From NCBI GenBank assembly GCA_964471275.1, contig CAYYGZ010000012.1, positions 1 through 35,897 of the forward strand: a stretch of DNA of 35,897 nucleotides. Direction: 5' to 3'. The position numbers were made by a program, and so were the translations under genes. This document shows positions 1 to 9,768 of this stretch, piece by piece. Every line of letters starts with the position of its first letter. The first letter of the stretch is position 1. This DNA is from an uncultured bacterium. GTDB lineage: Bacteria > Latescibacterota > UBA2968. The notes below the pieces were generated by a model. That model saw only the letters and a program-made list of their open reading frames with translations, had not been told where the DNA came from and did no database searches.

Positions 1-131
1 TGGGCTCGGGCCGCGCCGTCATCGACACCATCTCCATTCTCGTCCACGAAGTCATCCTGCGCGCGGGCAAGCGTTGCGTCTGCCGCAACGACGGCAAAGG
101 CCAATGCTCCGACAGTCATCCACTTTCTCAT
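1..131 (-). CDS. 5' part of a secreted protein (signal peptide followed by acidic FVDENGDGVDD Ca-binding-like loop); runs off window edge
   Basis: Not in ORF track. Manual translation from ATG at 131: MRKWMTVGALAFAVVAADATLARA-QDDFVDENGDGVDDGAARA. GGAGGT RBS just upstream, basic N-region, hydrophobic core, A-x-A cleavage site. Confidence 0.8.
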   Translation of the reverse strand, partial: MRKWMTVGALAFAVVAADATLARAQDDFVDENGDGVDDGAARA

Positions 132-222
132 CTTCCTACCTCCTGTGTCTTGGGTTGTTCACCCGGCAAATGAGTTTGATCGAGGTTCGATCATTTGGTC
201 ATTTTGCAGACGCCCCATCCTC

Positions 223-387
223 TGTAACGATGTCCGACTTCCGTATGAGATCTGTAACACTTTGTAACACCGGTCGACACGGATCATAAATCGACAGGTG
301 GCATTCTCCTCGTTCTGACTCAAAAATAGATCATCACGAGGTCGATGTCTGTTGCGGATTGGTTGAGGGATTGTAACCGACTGTAAC
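223..387 (-). promoter_or_regulatory. Tandem GTTACA-N4-GTTACA direct repeats, probable OmpR/PhoB-family regulator binding sites
   Basis: TGTAAC (+) at 223, 253, 263, 372 and 382; two pairs have exact 10-bp spacing; upstream of the minus-strand secreted-protein gene. Confidence 0.6.
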
Positions 388-419
388 GAGTCAGTGGCTG
401 CTAACCTGTTGGATAGAGA

Positions 420-451
420 AAAGCCCCTGATCCAGGAGGATCAGGGGCTTT
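420..451 (-). terminator. Rho-independent terminator (possibly bidirectional)
   Basis: Perfect 14-bp inverted repeat AAAGCCCCTGATCC-AGGA-GGATCAGGGGCTTT; the hairpin ends in a short U-run on both strands. Confidence 0.8.
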
Positions 452-629
452 ATCAGCTGAGGCACTTCACAGACTTATCTAGGTAATATGCTGCAGTACG
501 CCCTATAGCAACGTGTAGAAGAGGCATCGAACAGGGTCACTTCATTTATCTTGGCCTCATCGAAGCAACACCAATCTGAACCATAGAGAATACCCATCAG
601 CTCGCACAAGGACCGCTCACGAAGTGATT

Positions 630-932
630 AAAGCCAGGCCCCGCGCCCAGCGGCGACTTTCTTCCCCGGTTATTTGGTCGGTCAAAGAACCGGGTCGGCG
701 CATCGGGCGCCGAAACCGGGGGCGGGGCGCCCGATCAGCCACACGAACAACCGACCCCCTGTTCAGATCTGCCAAATGCGTATCTCCGCCAAACGATCGC
801 ATCGGGTAGGGGATTGAAACCTACCAGGGATTCATCGAACAAGCTCGATCGAACCCCGAGCTATCTGTCGTGACCCCCTTAGGGCCAAGACAATCAACAC
901 CGGTTCTTGACCTGTGACTCAACCCAGCCTTC
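630..932 (-). ncRNA. Candidate highly structured ncRNA of unknown family
   Basis: Nested helices 680-693/900-912, 694-698/751-755, 702-711/726-735, 760-768/834-841, 776-780/798-802, 805-810/820-825, 842-847/857-862 and 866-877/881-892. Plus-strand A-C mismatches become G-U pairs on the minus strand. No credible ORF. Confidence 0.55.
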
Positions 933-1063
933 TGCATGAATGAACTCCATTGGCATTTCGAAAAATCGAAGGGCAATTGACGATCAGTAAACGAGAGACT
1001 GATCAGTCCGAAACCGTCCCGACCTGTTGCTCCGTCCTTGCCCCACATCCGCCGCCAGATCAA

Positions 1064-1789
1064 CTACGTCAGCAGACGCTCGCGACGCTCCATCTTCCTC
1101 AACCCCAGATACAGCAGCAGTGCACCGAAAACGAATACACCCACCCGGTTGAACAGAACCGTGTCCTCCCAGAGCGTCAGATCGGCGTTCGAAGGCACGT
1201 TGAACGGGTTGAGAAACGGATCGTACATCGTCCCGGAGAGTGATGACGAGAACATCAGGGCCAGCAGCAGGCACCCGAGTGACAGCATCCCGGCCGCATT
1301 GCTACTTCTAACGGACACGGCAAAATAGAACGTCAGATTGGCGATCAAATAGGCAGGTACGGCAGCATTCAATCCGCCGAGCACAAACGGAAACTCGGCA
1401 AAGAGAAAGTAGGACAGAGTGCTCATCGCCAGCGCCGACACCACGAGGATCCCGTGCAGGGACGTCAATCGGACCATCCAGATCGCATAGTGAGACGATG
1501 CCGTGCTGAACAGCGTCTCCAAAGTGTCGCGATCCCGCTCGGAGGCGATAATGTCCATGCTCAGGTAGACCGCCAGCGCGGCCATCGGAACCTGTACCAA
1601 GGTGTTCAGAGCAGCCTCGACGCTGAACCCGTCGCTTGGCCGGAACGTCAGGATCGCGTAGAGGATCGCGTAGTAGCCAGCCACACCGAGGACGCCGAAG
1701 GTCAGCTTCCGGTGAAACACGATCTTCAGGCTCAGCGTGACGATCTCGACACCGCTGCGCCACAGGTCTCTGTAAGTCAGGCCGCCCAC
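1064..1789 (-). CDS. ABC-2 type transporter permease (about 6 TM)
   Basis: Hydrophobic segments and IASERDRDTLETLFST (E-x3-TLE-L cytoplasmic coupling motif of ABC-2 permeases). Likely GTG start at 1789 with AAGGGG RBS, overlapping the upstream gene end. Confidence 0.8.
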   Translation of the reverse strand: MGGLTYRDLWRSGVEIVTLSLKIVFHRKLTFGVLGVAGYYAILYAILTFRPSDGFSVEAALNTLVQVPMAALAVYLSMDIIASERDRDTLETLFSTASSHYAIWMVRLTSLHGILVVSALAMSTLSYFLFAEFPFVLGGLNAAVPAYLIANLTFYFAVSVRSSNAAGMLSLGCLLLALMFSSSLSGTMYDPFLNPFNVPSNADLTLWEDTVLFNRVGVFVFGALLLYLGLRKMERRERLLT

Positions 1790-4700
1790 GCCAACCCCTT
1801 CCGCAGCAGGCAAACGTAGGCATCTTCGAGGTTCGGTGAAGGGGATGTGGCATCGAGTCCGTCCGGACACAACTCGGCGATGAATCGGGCCCGGATGCCG
1901 CCCGGGGATCGGACGTGTGTGATCAGATCAAGCGACGACTCACGGCGCTGGAACTCTTCCTCGGGAATGAGCGCTTCCCACACACGACCGTCGGCAACGG
2001 ATCGCATCGCTTCGGGAGCGCCATTATAGAGTACTTGCCCACGGTTCAGCACGGCAAGCTGGTTGCAGCTTCCCGAGATATCCTCAACGATATGTGTCGA
2101 GAACAGCACCACCCGGTCCTGGCTCAGCTTGGAGAGCAGGTTTCGGAACCGGATCCGCTCGATCGGATCCAGACCGGCAGTCGGCTCGTCGACCACGATG
2201 ATCTGGGGTTGATGAAGCAGCGTCTGCGCGATTCCGACACGTTGTCGCATCCCGCCGGAGAAGGTCCCGATCTGATCATCGATACGGTCCAGCAGGTTGA
2301 CCTCTTCCAGAATCTCGTGAACACGTCTTGACCGCGCGGTCTCTTCCCGAAACCCTTCCAACAGGGCTCGATAGGTCAGATACTGACCCGCACTCAGATG
2401 ATTGTAGAGCCCGAAATGCTGAGGCAGGTAACCGATTAGCCCATTTGTGGATCTCAGATCCGACACATTCTGACCGTTCACGAGTACCGATCCGTAGCTG
2501 GGTTCGAGAACCTGACAAAGAATCCGCATCATCGTCGTCTTGCCCGCTCCGTTCGGACCCAGCAGACCGAACATCCCCTTCTCGATAGAAAGAGTCACAC
2601 CGGCAAGTGCCTGAAACGGTTCGGCCTGCACACCGATCAAGGGAACGGATGCGGCCCCCTTATAGACACCTCTCCGAAGCCATCGCAATCGACCCGTAAT
2701 CGTCTCCGGATCCACCTGCCCCTCCCGCACACGATCGGCCAGCTTGCGTGCCCCGAGTACGGCCAGGAAAAGCACAACGGAAGCGATCGTCACAGACAGT
2801 GTCTTCACCCGAACGTGGGTTGTCACAAAGAACCCGATTGGAAGCAGCAGTCGCCAGATGCGCTCAATCCGCAAGACCCGGGCTGACCCCGAGAAGGAGA
2901 GGCCGATCAGACACGACCCCAGATGACGCAGATAGGCCCACGTCAGCGCAAAGAGGACGAACAGCCACAGCGGGTCTTCCAGGTATGCGTGAAAGAACAG
3001 GATCAGGAGAAGAAGAGGTATCTTCCACTGCAAACTCAGCTTTGTCGTAACGGGGTCTTCGAGTTCACCCTCCAGCAGCCCGCTTCTGTCTGTCCGCCTG
3101 TCGAAGCGCGCCCATTCCCTGCGGAGCCTTCCCGGTCCTCCGTAGATTTTCGTCAACGTGCGAAGTTCCAGTCGGTCTACCGATCCGATCACCACGGCGC
3201 TCGCTTGACGGCTTCGATGGACACGCAGCCCGGCCCACACGATCGTCAGAAACACCAGCCAGAAGGGCAGTGCCACGAGCCCGGTCCAGAACCAGCTCGC
3301 GTATCTGGCGTCGATCCAGTAGCAGGCGGCCGCGGTCATCCCCGTGGCGAGGAGGATACCGATCACGCCGATCTCGAGCAGCCAGGCTTTGGTGCGATCC
3401 AGCCCAACATATGCGACCGGGATGAACAGCAGCGTCGACAGCATCGAAATCGTCAGCCCACCCAGAACCGTTATCGCGAACGGTGGCCAGATTTCAAAAT
3501 CGCCGCCCATCTCGAGCGACAGGGGAAGAACACCCAGAAGCGTAGTTGCCGACGTCATCAGGATTGGCCGCACACGCGACCTGCCCGCGACCAGGACGGC
3601 CCGAGGTCTGCGGAATCCACGCTCTGCTCGAAGCGAACCGACCGAATCGATCAGGATGATCCCGTTGTTCACGGCGATGCCGAGCAGTACGACAAATCCG
3701 AGAAGCGCCATCGGCCCGGCCTGCGAGGTGAGACCCGTCCCCGTCATAATCAGGGCCCAGCACGAGCCGACGACCGCCGTCGGTATCGTACCGAACACGA
3801 TCAACGGGGCGCTGAGCGATTCGAACAGCGAAGCCAGGATCATATAGATGAGCAGCGCGGCAATTGCCATCATCCAGTAGTAAACCGTGTCCGTCTGGGC
3901 AGAAACCAGCTCCACGGTCACACCGGCCGGGATCACCATATCCTGAACAACCGACCGAACCGTAGCTCGCGCACCATCCAGCAGAACCTGCGATTCGGAG
4001 ACATCCGTAGTGAATCGATACTGAACGGAAATTCGACGCGATTGATCCGTCCTAACGATCGTACTGCGTCCTTCATTCGTCCGGACCCGTGCCAGCTCAT
4101 CGAGCGGCGTATACTGTCCACCCACTGTCCTGACAGGAACCTGGCGCAGACCGGCCAGACCCGGACCATCCGCCTCGGGGTCTTCGGTTGTCCGCAGATC
4201 GATCGGTGTTTCAGTGCCGTCGGGGTTCAGGAACGCGACCCGTGTCTGGAAGCCTTCTGGATTGGCCGCCTCAACCGCGTTCAGCACGTGTGTTGTTTCA
4301 AGCCGTCTGTCGAAGAGCGAGATCGCATCCGGGATGATCTCGACTTCGGGCGAGCTCCGTTCGACATCCGCGCGCACGCTGTTCGCGTCGATCTCCACCA
4401 TCTCCTCGAGCCGATAGGAGAGATCATCCGCGATCATTCGCAGAATCGTGAAGTCGTAACCACGAATCACCGCCTCCTCGGACGGTGCCCCGGTCTGCAG
4501 GCTGAACCCGCCGCCACCCCGTCCGCCGCGCCGCCCACCACCTCGACGCCCGCCGCCTCCCGTGATCGGAGCCTCGTAGGTCGCGACGCCTGCATTGAAA
4601 TCGTCCAGCTTCTCATCCAGCTTCGCTTTGATCTCCTCGAGCGACATCCCGTCCGGCCGTTCCCCGCGGTCCTTCAGCATCACGGTAACGCTTCCCAGCC

Positions 4701-6477
4701 CCTCATCGGCGCTCGCCGTAAACCGATTGACACCGGGAAGCTCCCTGACCATCGCCTCCACCTCTGTCACCGCCTCATCCGTGGCCTCGAGCGTGGTCCC
4801 CTCGGGAGTATCTACATAAACGGTGAACTGTGATTCTTCCTGAACGACCTGCTGCTGCAGCATGAAGAAGAAAGACAGGCTTAGCGTGACAAGAAAAACG
4901 AGACCGACACCGATCGAGAGACGGACCGGATGACGAAGACACGCCTTGAGCAGCAGGGTATACTGTTCGATCAATCGACCGGTTGCGAGGGGCGGTGGAG
5001 CGGCCGTGCTGAGTGTTCGGGACGCGAGTGCCGGTACGAGCAGCAGAGCCACAACCAGCGAGGCGAGAACGGGAAACGTGATCGAGAGGGCGAGCTCTGT
5101 CAGGATATCCTGAAAATCGCTCGTGATGAAGACTACGGGAAGGAAGACCACGACCGTCGTACCTGTGGCCGCCACTACGGCACGGCTCACATCTCGTGTA
5201 CCGGCTCTCGTAGCCTCTTCGGGAGACTTCCCCATCTCGAAATGCTTGAAGATGCTCTCCATCACGACAATGCTGTTATCCGCCAGCATCCCGATCGCAA
5301 GGGCAAGCCCACAGAGAGAGAGCACGTTTATCGATAGCCCGAAGGCGTAGAACAGGTTGAATGCCAGGAGAAGCGAGGTCGGAATCGCGAGCAACAGCAC
5401 GGCGACAAAACGGAGGGTGCGCAGAAACAGGAAGAGAACCACCAGACCCAGGAGGACACCCACCAGTGCGGCCTGCTTGAGCGTATTGAGGGCCTCGCCC
5501 ATCAGGTCGGCCTGACTGCTTGTCACGACGATCTCGATCCCGTCCGACGCGTAGACAGTGTTGAGTCGAGTGACTGCCTCTTCTATCCCTGCGGCAACAT
5601 CCAGCAGGTTCGCTTCGTCTTCCTTCTGAATCTGAACGGCAACCGAAGCCTTCCCGTTCACGCGACTGACATCCGTCCGCCGCTGAACGCCTGGGTAGAC
5701 ACGGGCCACATCGCCGATCGTCAGCGGGATCTCCGGCTTCAGGACAACGTCTCGGATTCCCGCGATGTCGGTGAATTGCGTCTGAACGCTCACGGGAAGG
5801 ACACGCGATCCGTCATAGATCATCCCGAGCGAAGCGCGCGGCCGATTGTAGCTCGAAAGCCGACCGTTGATGTCATTGAGCGTAAGTTCGTGCGCCTCCA
5901 TCACGATCGGATCCGCGATGATGGCGACGGACTTCTGTCTGCCGCCTTGCACACCCGCGTTCACCACACCGTCGACAGCCTCCAGCTCCGGGCGGATCTC
6001 GTTCTCGGCGAAATTCCGCAGCCAGTCAAGATCGGCTTCACCCAGGACCTGGAGCATCATAACGCGGGAACTGATGTCGGAAGTATCGAAACGCTGAACG
6101 ATGATGTTCGTGCGGGGGGGAAAGAGCGGCTGCAGCCGTGAGACACGCGACTGGATCTGAAGAAGCGCGAACTTCATGTCTGTATCCGGTGCATAGGACA
6201 CGCGGATCGTCGCGCGGTTGGCCATCGACGTGGAGGTCATCTCGACCACACCGTCGAGCTTCCCGATCTCACCTTCGATCGGAATAACGAGGTCCCGCTC
6301 GACCTGCTCCGGACTCGTACCTCGAAGCTGAACAGCCACAAAAACCTCCGGATAGATCACCTCCGGAAGCAGCTCGACCGGCAGTCGGTCGACCGAGATC
6401 AGCCCCAGCAAACTGAGCGCCGCGAACAGCATCGCCATCGTTACCGGCCGCTTTATGGGGAGATCCGATATACGCAC
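1777..6477 (-). CDS. RND efflux permease (AcrB/AcrD/AcrF family) fused to C-terminal ABC ATPase domain, about 1566 aa
   Basis: RND motifs IKRPV, LPVELLP, GMLADNSIVV, GIAVNNGIIL and RVRPILMT, then Walker A GPNGAGKTT, Q-loop GYLPQ, signature FSGGMRQR, Walker B IIVVDEP and H-loop STH in one uninterrupted frame. GTG start at 6477 after GGAG. Confidence 0.92.
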   Translation of the reverse strand: MRISDLPIKRPVTMAMLFAALSLLGLISVDRLPVELLPEVIYPEVFVAVQLRGTSPEQVERDLVIPIEGEIGKLDGVVEMTSTSMANRATIRVSYAPDTDMKFALLQIQSRVSRLQPLFPPRTNIIVQRFDTSDISSRVMMLQVLGEADLDWLRNFAENEIRPELEAVDGVVNAGVQGGRQKSVAIIADPIVMEAHELTLNDINGRLSSYNRPRASLGMIYDGSRVLPVSVQTQFTDIAGIRDVVLKPEIPLTIGDVARVYPGVQRRTDVSRVNGKASVAVQIQKEDEANLLDVAAGIEEAVTRLNTVYASDGIEIVVTSSQADLMGEALNTLKQAALVGVLLGLVVLFLFLRTLRFVAVLLLAIPTSLLLAFNLFYAFGLSINVLSLCGLALAIGMLADNSIVVMESIFKHFEMGKSPEEATRAGTRDVSRAVVAATGTTVVVFLPVVFITSDFQDILTELALSITFPVLASLVVALLLVPALASRTLSTAAPPPLATGRLIEQYTLLLKACLRHPVRLSIGVGLVFLVTLSLSFFFMLQQQVVQEESQFTVYVDTPEGTTLEATDEAVTEVEAMVRELPGVNRFTASADEGLGSVTVMLKDRGERPDGMSLEEIKAKLDEKLDDFNAGVATYEAPITGGGGRRGGGRRGGRGGGGFSLQTGAPSEEAVIRGYDFTILRMIADDLSYRLEEMVEIDANSVRADVERSSPEVEIIPDAISLFDRRLETTHVLNAVEAANPEGFQTRVAFLNPDGTETPIDLRTTEDPEADGPGLAGLRQVPVRTVGGQYTPLDELARVRTNEGRSTIVRTDQSRRISVQYRFTTDVSESQVLLDGARATVRSVVQDMVIPAGVTVELVSAQTDTVYYWMMAIAALLIYMILASLFESLSAPLIVFGTIPTAVVGSCWALIMTGTGLTSQAGPMALLGFVVLLGIAVNNGIILIDSVGSLRAERGFRRPRAVLVAGRSRVRPILMTSATTLLGVLPLSLEMGGDFEIWPPFAITVLGGLTISMLSTLLFIPVAYVGLDRTKAWLLEIGVIGILLATGMTAAACYWIDARYASWFWTGLVALPFWLVFLTIVWAGLRVHRSRQASAVVIGSVDRLELRTLTKIYGGPGRLRREWARFDRRTDRSGLLEGELEDPVTTKLSLQWKIPLLLLILFFHAYLEDPLWLFVLFALTWAYLRHLGSCLIGLSFSGSARVLRIERIWRLLLPIGFFVTTHVRVKTLSVTIASVVLFLAVLGARKLADRVREGQVDPETITGRLRWLRRGVYKGAASVPLIGVQAEPFQALAGVTLSIEKGMFGLLGPNGAGKTTMMRILCQVLEPSYGSVLVNGQNVSDLRSTNGLIGYLPQHFGLYNHLSAGQYLTYRALLEGFREETARSRRVHEILEEVNLLDRIDDQIGTFSGGMRQRVGIAQTLLHQPQIIVVDEPTAGLDPIERIRFRNLLSKLSQDRVVLFSTHIVEDISGSCNQLAVLNRGQVLYNGAPEAMRSVADGRVWEALIPEEEFQRRESSLDLITHVRSPGGIRARFIAELCPDGLDATSPSPNLEDAYVCLLRKGLAWAA

Positions 6478-6564
6478 TGATCCACTCCGTATACTTTTCC
6501 GCAGGCTGGAACGCCGCAAATTGGGGCACCGCAGGTTGGGACGCCACAGGCCGGAAGCCTGCGC

Positions 6565-9500
6565 CTATCTGGCTACCTCACGACTCACTGCCTTCACCCC
6601 CCTGAACCCATCCACCCATTCATACACCACCGGTATCACCACCAGCGTCATCAACGTCGATGACACCAGGCCCCCAATCACCGCGATCGCCATCGGGGCT
6701 CTCAACTTGCCACCCTCTCCCAGACCGATGGCCATCGGAAGGAGCGCCAGAATCGTGGTCGCACTGGTCATCAGAATCGGCCGCAGCCGATCCCGTGCAG
6801 CTTGCACGATCGCTTCCCGAACCGTCTGTGCCGTCTCCCGAAGCTGATTGATCCGATCCACGAGAACGATCGAATCGTTGACGGCGATCCCGCCAAGCAT
6901 GATCACACCGATAAAGGCGGTGATGCTTAAAGGTTCATTGAGAAGCCAGAAACCCAGGACGACCCCGACACCGGCAAGCGGCAGCGACAGCATCACCGTG
7001 AACGGATGCAGAAAGGACTCGAAAAGGGATGCCATCACCATATAGACAAGCACGATCGAAAGAATCAGCGCAAACTGCAGGCTGCCAAACGATTCGGCGC
7101 GATCTCGCTCTTCGCCGCCGAGCGACACCTGGTAACCGGGAGGCAGTTCGACCCCGGTCAGGATCGCCTGTAGCTGCCCGACAGCTTGCCCGAGCGTTGA
7201 CCCCTCGCTGACATAAGCGTTCACCCGGCCGATCCGCCTCTGTCGTTCACGGCGTATCTCTCGCGGGCCCTCGATGATCTGCGGATCGGCCACGTCGCCA
7301 ACCGTCAGGATGCTCCCATCGGGTGTATCGACGCGGATGCTCGAGAGCTCCGTCATATCCATCTCGCCAAAACCGACCCGGATCGTGCGCGCTCGCTGGC
7401 CCTCGGAATACTCGCCGACATCGTCACCGGACAGCCGACGCTTCAGATCACCGATCAGGTCATCCGGCGTCAGACCGAACGATGCAGCGACATCCAGACG
7501 CAGCGCGAGATCCAGCTCCGGCTGCCCGCCCTGAAAGCTGCTGCGGACATTGTATACGGCAGACGCGGCCGTCAGCCGCCCCGCGAGGTCATCGGTTAGC
7601 CTTCTGAGCGTTTCGAGGTCGTCACCTGAGATCTCGACAACGATCGGCGCGGACTGCGTCCCCATCACCGTCTCAAGCGGGCTCTCGTGCAGCTCGTACT
7701 CCACTTCGACATTCGCAAGATTACGCAGGTGCTCGTCGATCTCATTCACGATCTGGCCGACCCGACGTCGGTCTCCTTCCGACAGCAGAACCGACATCGT
7801 TCCCCGGTTCGGTCCCGTCGGCTCACCGACGTTCCACACCTGTGCGGGGTCCACACCGACACGTCCGTAGACGTGAGCGACATCGTCACCGCCGACCGAC
7901 TTCACGATGTCGTCGATCCGCTGTGCGACACCATCGGACAGCTCCAGTCTTGTGCCCTCGGGAAGCGCGAAAGCCACGTGGAAGATCCCCTGGTCCTCTC
8001 GCGGAATGAACGTCACGTCGATCGCGCGCCCCGTAACAAACGTCAGAGCCAGAACGCCCAGGACGGCAAGGAACACAATCCCCTTCCGGTCGAGTGCTGT
8101 GCCGAGCAGGTTCGCGAAAACCTTGTATCGTCCCTCCACAGATGGCGCGTGCTGTCGTCTGAGCACACGAGAAGCGATCATCGGCACGACGGAGAGAGCC
8201 ACGGCCAGCGAGGAGAGCAGCGAGAAGGCCACGGTCCAGGCCTGCTCCTTGAACAGCTCACCGGCCAGCCCGTGGAGATAAACGATCGGAAGAAACACCG
8301 AAACGGTCGTCAGCGTTGAGGCGAGGATCGCAGTACCCACCTCGCCGGCGCCTCTGGAAGCCGCCACAGACGCATCCTCACCGCGTTCGAGATGCCGGTA
8401 GATGTTCTCGATCACGACAATCGCGTTATCGACCAGCATCCCCGCGCCCAGGGCAAGTCCTCCGAGGGACATCACGTTCAGCGTAAGCCCCTCGAAATAC
8501 ATCAACGTGAACGTCGCCAGAACCGAGATCGGGATCGCGATACCGATCGTGGCCGTCACCGCCCAGCTGCGCAGGAACAGGAACAGCACGACGATCGCCA
8601 GGATGCCTCCGTAGATCGCCGCATCCTTCACTTCAGTCACCGCAAGCTCGATGAACCGCGCCTGGTTCTCCACTACGGTGAAGGTCACACCCGGCAGGTC
8701 AACACCAAGGTCATCTAGCGCGGATCGGGCCGTCGCCACGACGCTGACCGTGTTCGCGTCCGCCTCCTTGTGGATTGCGAGTCCGATACACTCGGTGCCG
8801 TCCAACCTCGAGATTGACTCCCGTTCCTCGTAAACCAGCTCGACCTGTCCCACGTCCGAAACACGTACGGGTACGCGGAGTTCACCGGCCACCGCGCCAC
8901 CGCCACGACGCTCCCCGACGATCAGATCGTGTATATCCTCCAGACTCCTGAGACGCCCCAATCCCTTGACCTGGTAAGAGCGCTTCGCATCCTTGAGCGT
9001 TCCGCCGGACACATCCAGGTTTGCCTGCCCGATCCGCTTGGCAATCGCCCCGGCATTCAACCCGAATGCCTCCAGGAGATACGGGTCCAGGGTCACGCGT
9101 GCTTCCTTCTCCGCGCCACCCTCGATCTCGGCGGATGCCACTCCTTCGAGCGCCTCGAGATTCGGTTTGATCGCCGTTTCGATCGTGCCGAGCAGATCGT
9201 CGATATCCATCGGTCCTCGAAGCTCCGCGTCAGCGTGTACGGCAACCCGCATCACCGGCAGCGCCTGGGGATCTTCCCGCGTCACATCGAGCGTCTCGAT
9301 CGCGTCATCCGCCCCGTAGAACGCCGTCTTCTTCTGAACATCCAGAAGCGCGAAATCCATATCCGCATCCCACGCGAACTCCGCAACCACCACCGATTGA
9401 GATGCGCGTGTCACCGAATAGACACGCTTCACCTTCGAGATCGTCTGCACATCCCGCTCCAGCCGGCGAGTATAGCGCTCCTCCATCTCCCACGGTGACT

Positions 9501-9660
9501 TACCCGGCGCCCGCAGATCCACCGAAATCACGGGCGTGTGGAGATCCGGAAGCAAATCCGTCCCCAACCGCTCGAGCGAGATATACCCGAGCAGGACAAC
9601 GGCCAACGCCGCCATCGAAATCGTGGTCGGAAACCGCGTTGAGAATTCAGGAATAGTCAT
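6565..9660 (-). CDS. RND efflux permease (AcrB/AcrD/AcrF family), 1031 aa
   Basis: Typical length; motifs LGTDLLPD, GMLVDNAIVV, GIAVNDSIVL, RLRPILMT and MAIAVIGGL. Confidence 0.95.
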   Translation of the reverse strand: MTIPEFSTRFPTTISMAALAVVLLGYISLERLGTDLLPDLHTPVISVDLRAPGKSPWEMEERYTRRLERDVQTISKVKRVYSVTRASQSVVVAEFAWDADMDFALLDVQKKTAFYGADDAIETLDVTREDPQALPVMRVAVHADAELRGPMDIDDLLGTIETAIKPNLEALEGVASAEIEGGAEKEARVTLDPYLLEAFGLNAGAIAKRIGQANLDVSGGTLKDAKRSYQVKGLGRLRSLEDIHDLIVGERRGGGAVAGELRVPVRVSDVGQVELVYEERESISRLDGTECIGLAIHKEADANTVSVVATARSALDDLGVDLPGVTFTVVENQARFIELAVTEVKDAAIYGGILAIVVLFLFLRSWAVTATIGIAIPISVLATFTLMYFEGLTLNVMSLGGLALGAGMLVDNAIVVIENIYRHLERGEDASVAASRGAGEVGTAILASTLTTVSVFLPIVYLHGLAGELFKEQAWTVAFSLLSSLAVALSVVPMIASRVLRRQHAPSVEGRYKVFANLLGTALDRKGIVFLAVLGVLALTFVTGRAIDVTFIPREDQGIFHVAFALPEGTRLELSDGVAQRIDDIVKSVGGDDVAHVYGRVGVDPAQVWNVGEPTGPNRGTMSVLLSEGDRRRVGQIVNEIDEHLRNLANVEVEYELHESPLETVMGTQSAPIVVEISGDDLETLRRLTDDLAGRLTAASAVYNVRSSFQGGQPELDLALRLDVAASFGLTPDDLIGDLKRRLSGDDVGEYSEGQRARTIRVGFGEMDMTELSSIRVDTPDGSILTVGDVADPQIIEGPREIRRERQRRIGRVNAYVSEGSTLGQAVGQLQAILTGVELPPGYQVSLGGEERDRAESFGSLQFALILSIVLVYMVMASLFESFLHPFTVMLSLPLAGVGVVLGFWLLNEPLSITAFIGVIMLGGIAVNDSIVLVDRINQLRETAQTVREAIVQAARDRLRPILMTSATTILALLPMAIGLGEGGKLRAPMAIAVIGGLVSSTLMTLVVIPVVYEWVDGFRGVKAVSREVAR

Positions 9661-9722
9661 GGTTTGATGGGTATATCAATAATGACGTTCGACATTCGAC
9701 TCTGCTTCGCCTTCACCCCTCG

Positions 9723-9768
9723 AGCCCCAACGAAGCGACCATCGTTAGCCTGGGGCGCCAGCGCCAAG
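9723..9768 (+). repeat. Degenerate REP-like element (AGCCCC...GCGACC...AGCCTGGGGCG), same family as 29684-29779
   Basis: Aligns by eye with AGCCCCGGAACGGGGCGACC...AGCCTGAGGTG at 29684. Confidence 0.5.

Noticed and set aside
640..700. GAAGAAAGUCG (minus) and GGUCAAAGAACC (plus) echoes of RNase P or raiA RNA motifs
   Set aside because: Isolated short matches on opposite strands; the remaining conserved cores are missing.
784..820. Sequence ending GGATTGAAAC, like a CRISPR repeat 3' end
   Set aside because: Single copy, no spacers or cas genes; explained as the loop of the GGTAGG/CCTACC hairpin.
617..1063. Small ORFs 617-802, 624-809 and 821-1063
   Set aside because: No RBS or protein-like features; the region is better explained by RNA secondary structure.
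2923..4833. 636-aa plus-strand ORF
   Set aside because: Antisense shadow of the RND-ABC gene, typical of GC-rich DNA; no recognisable motifs.
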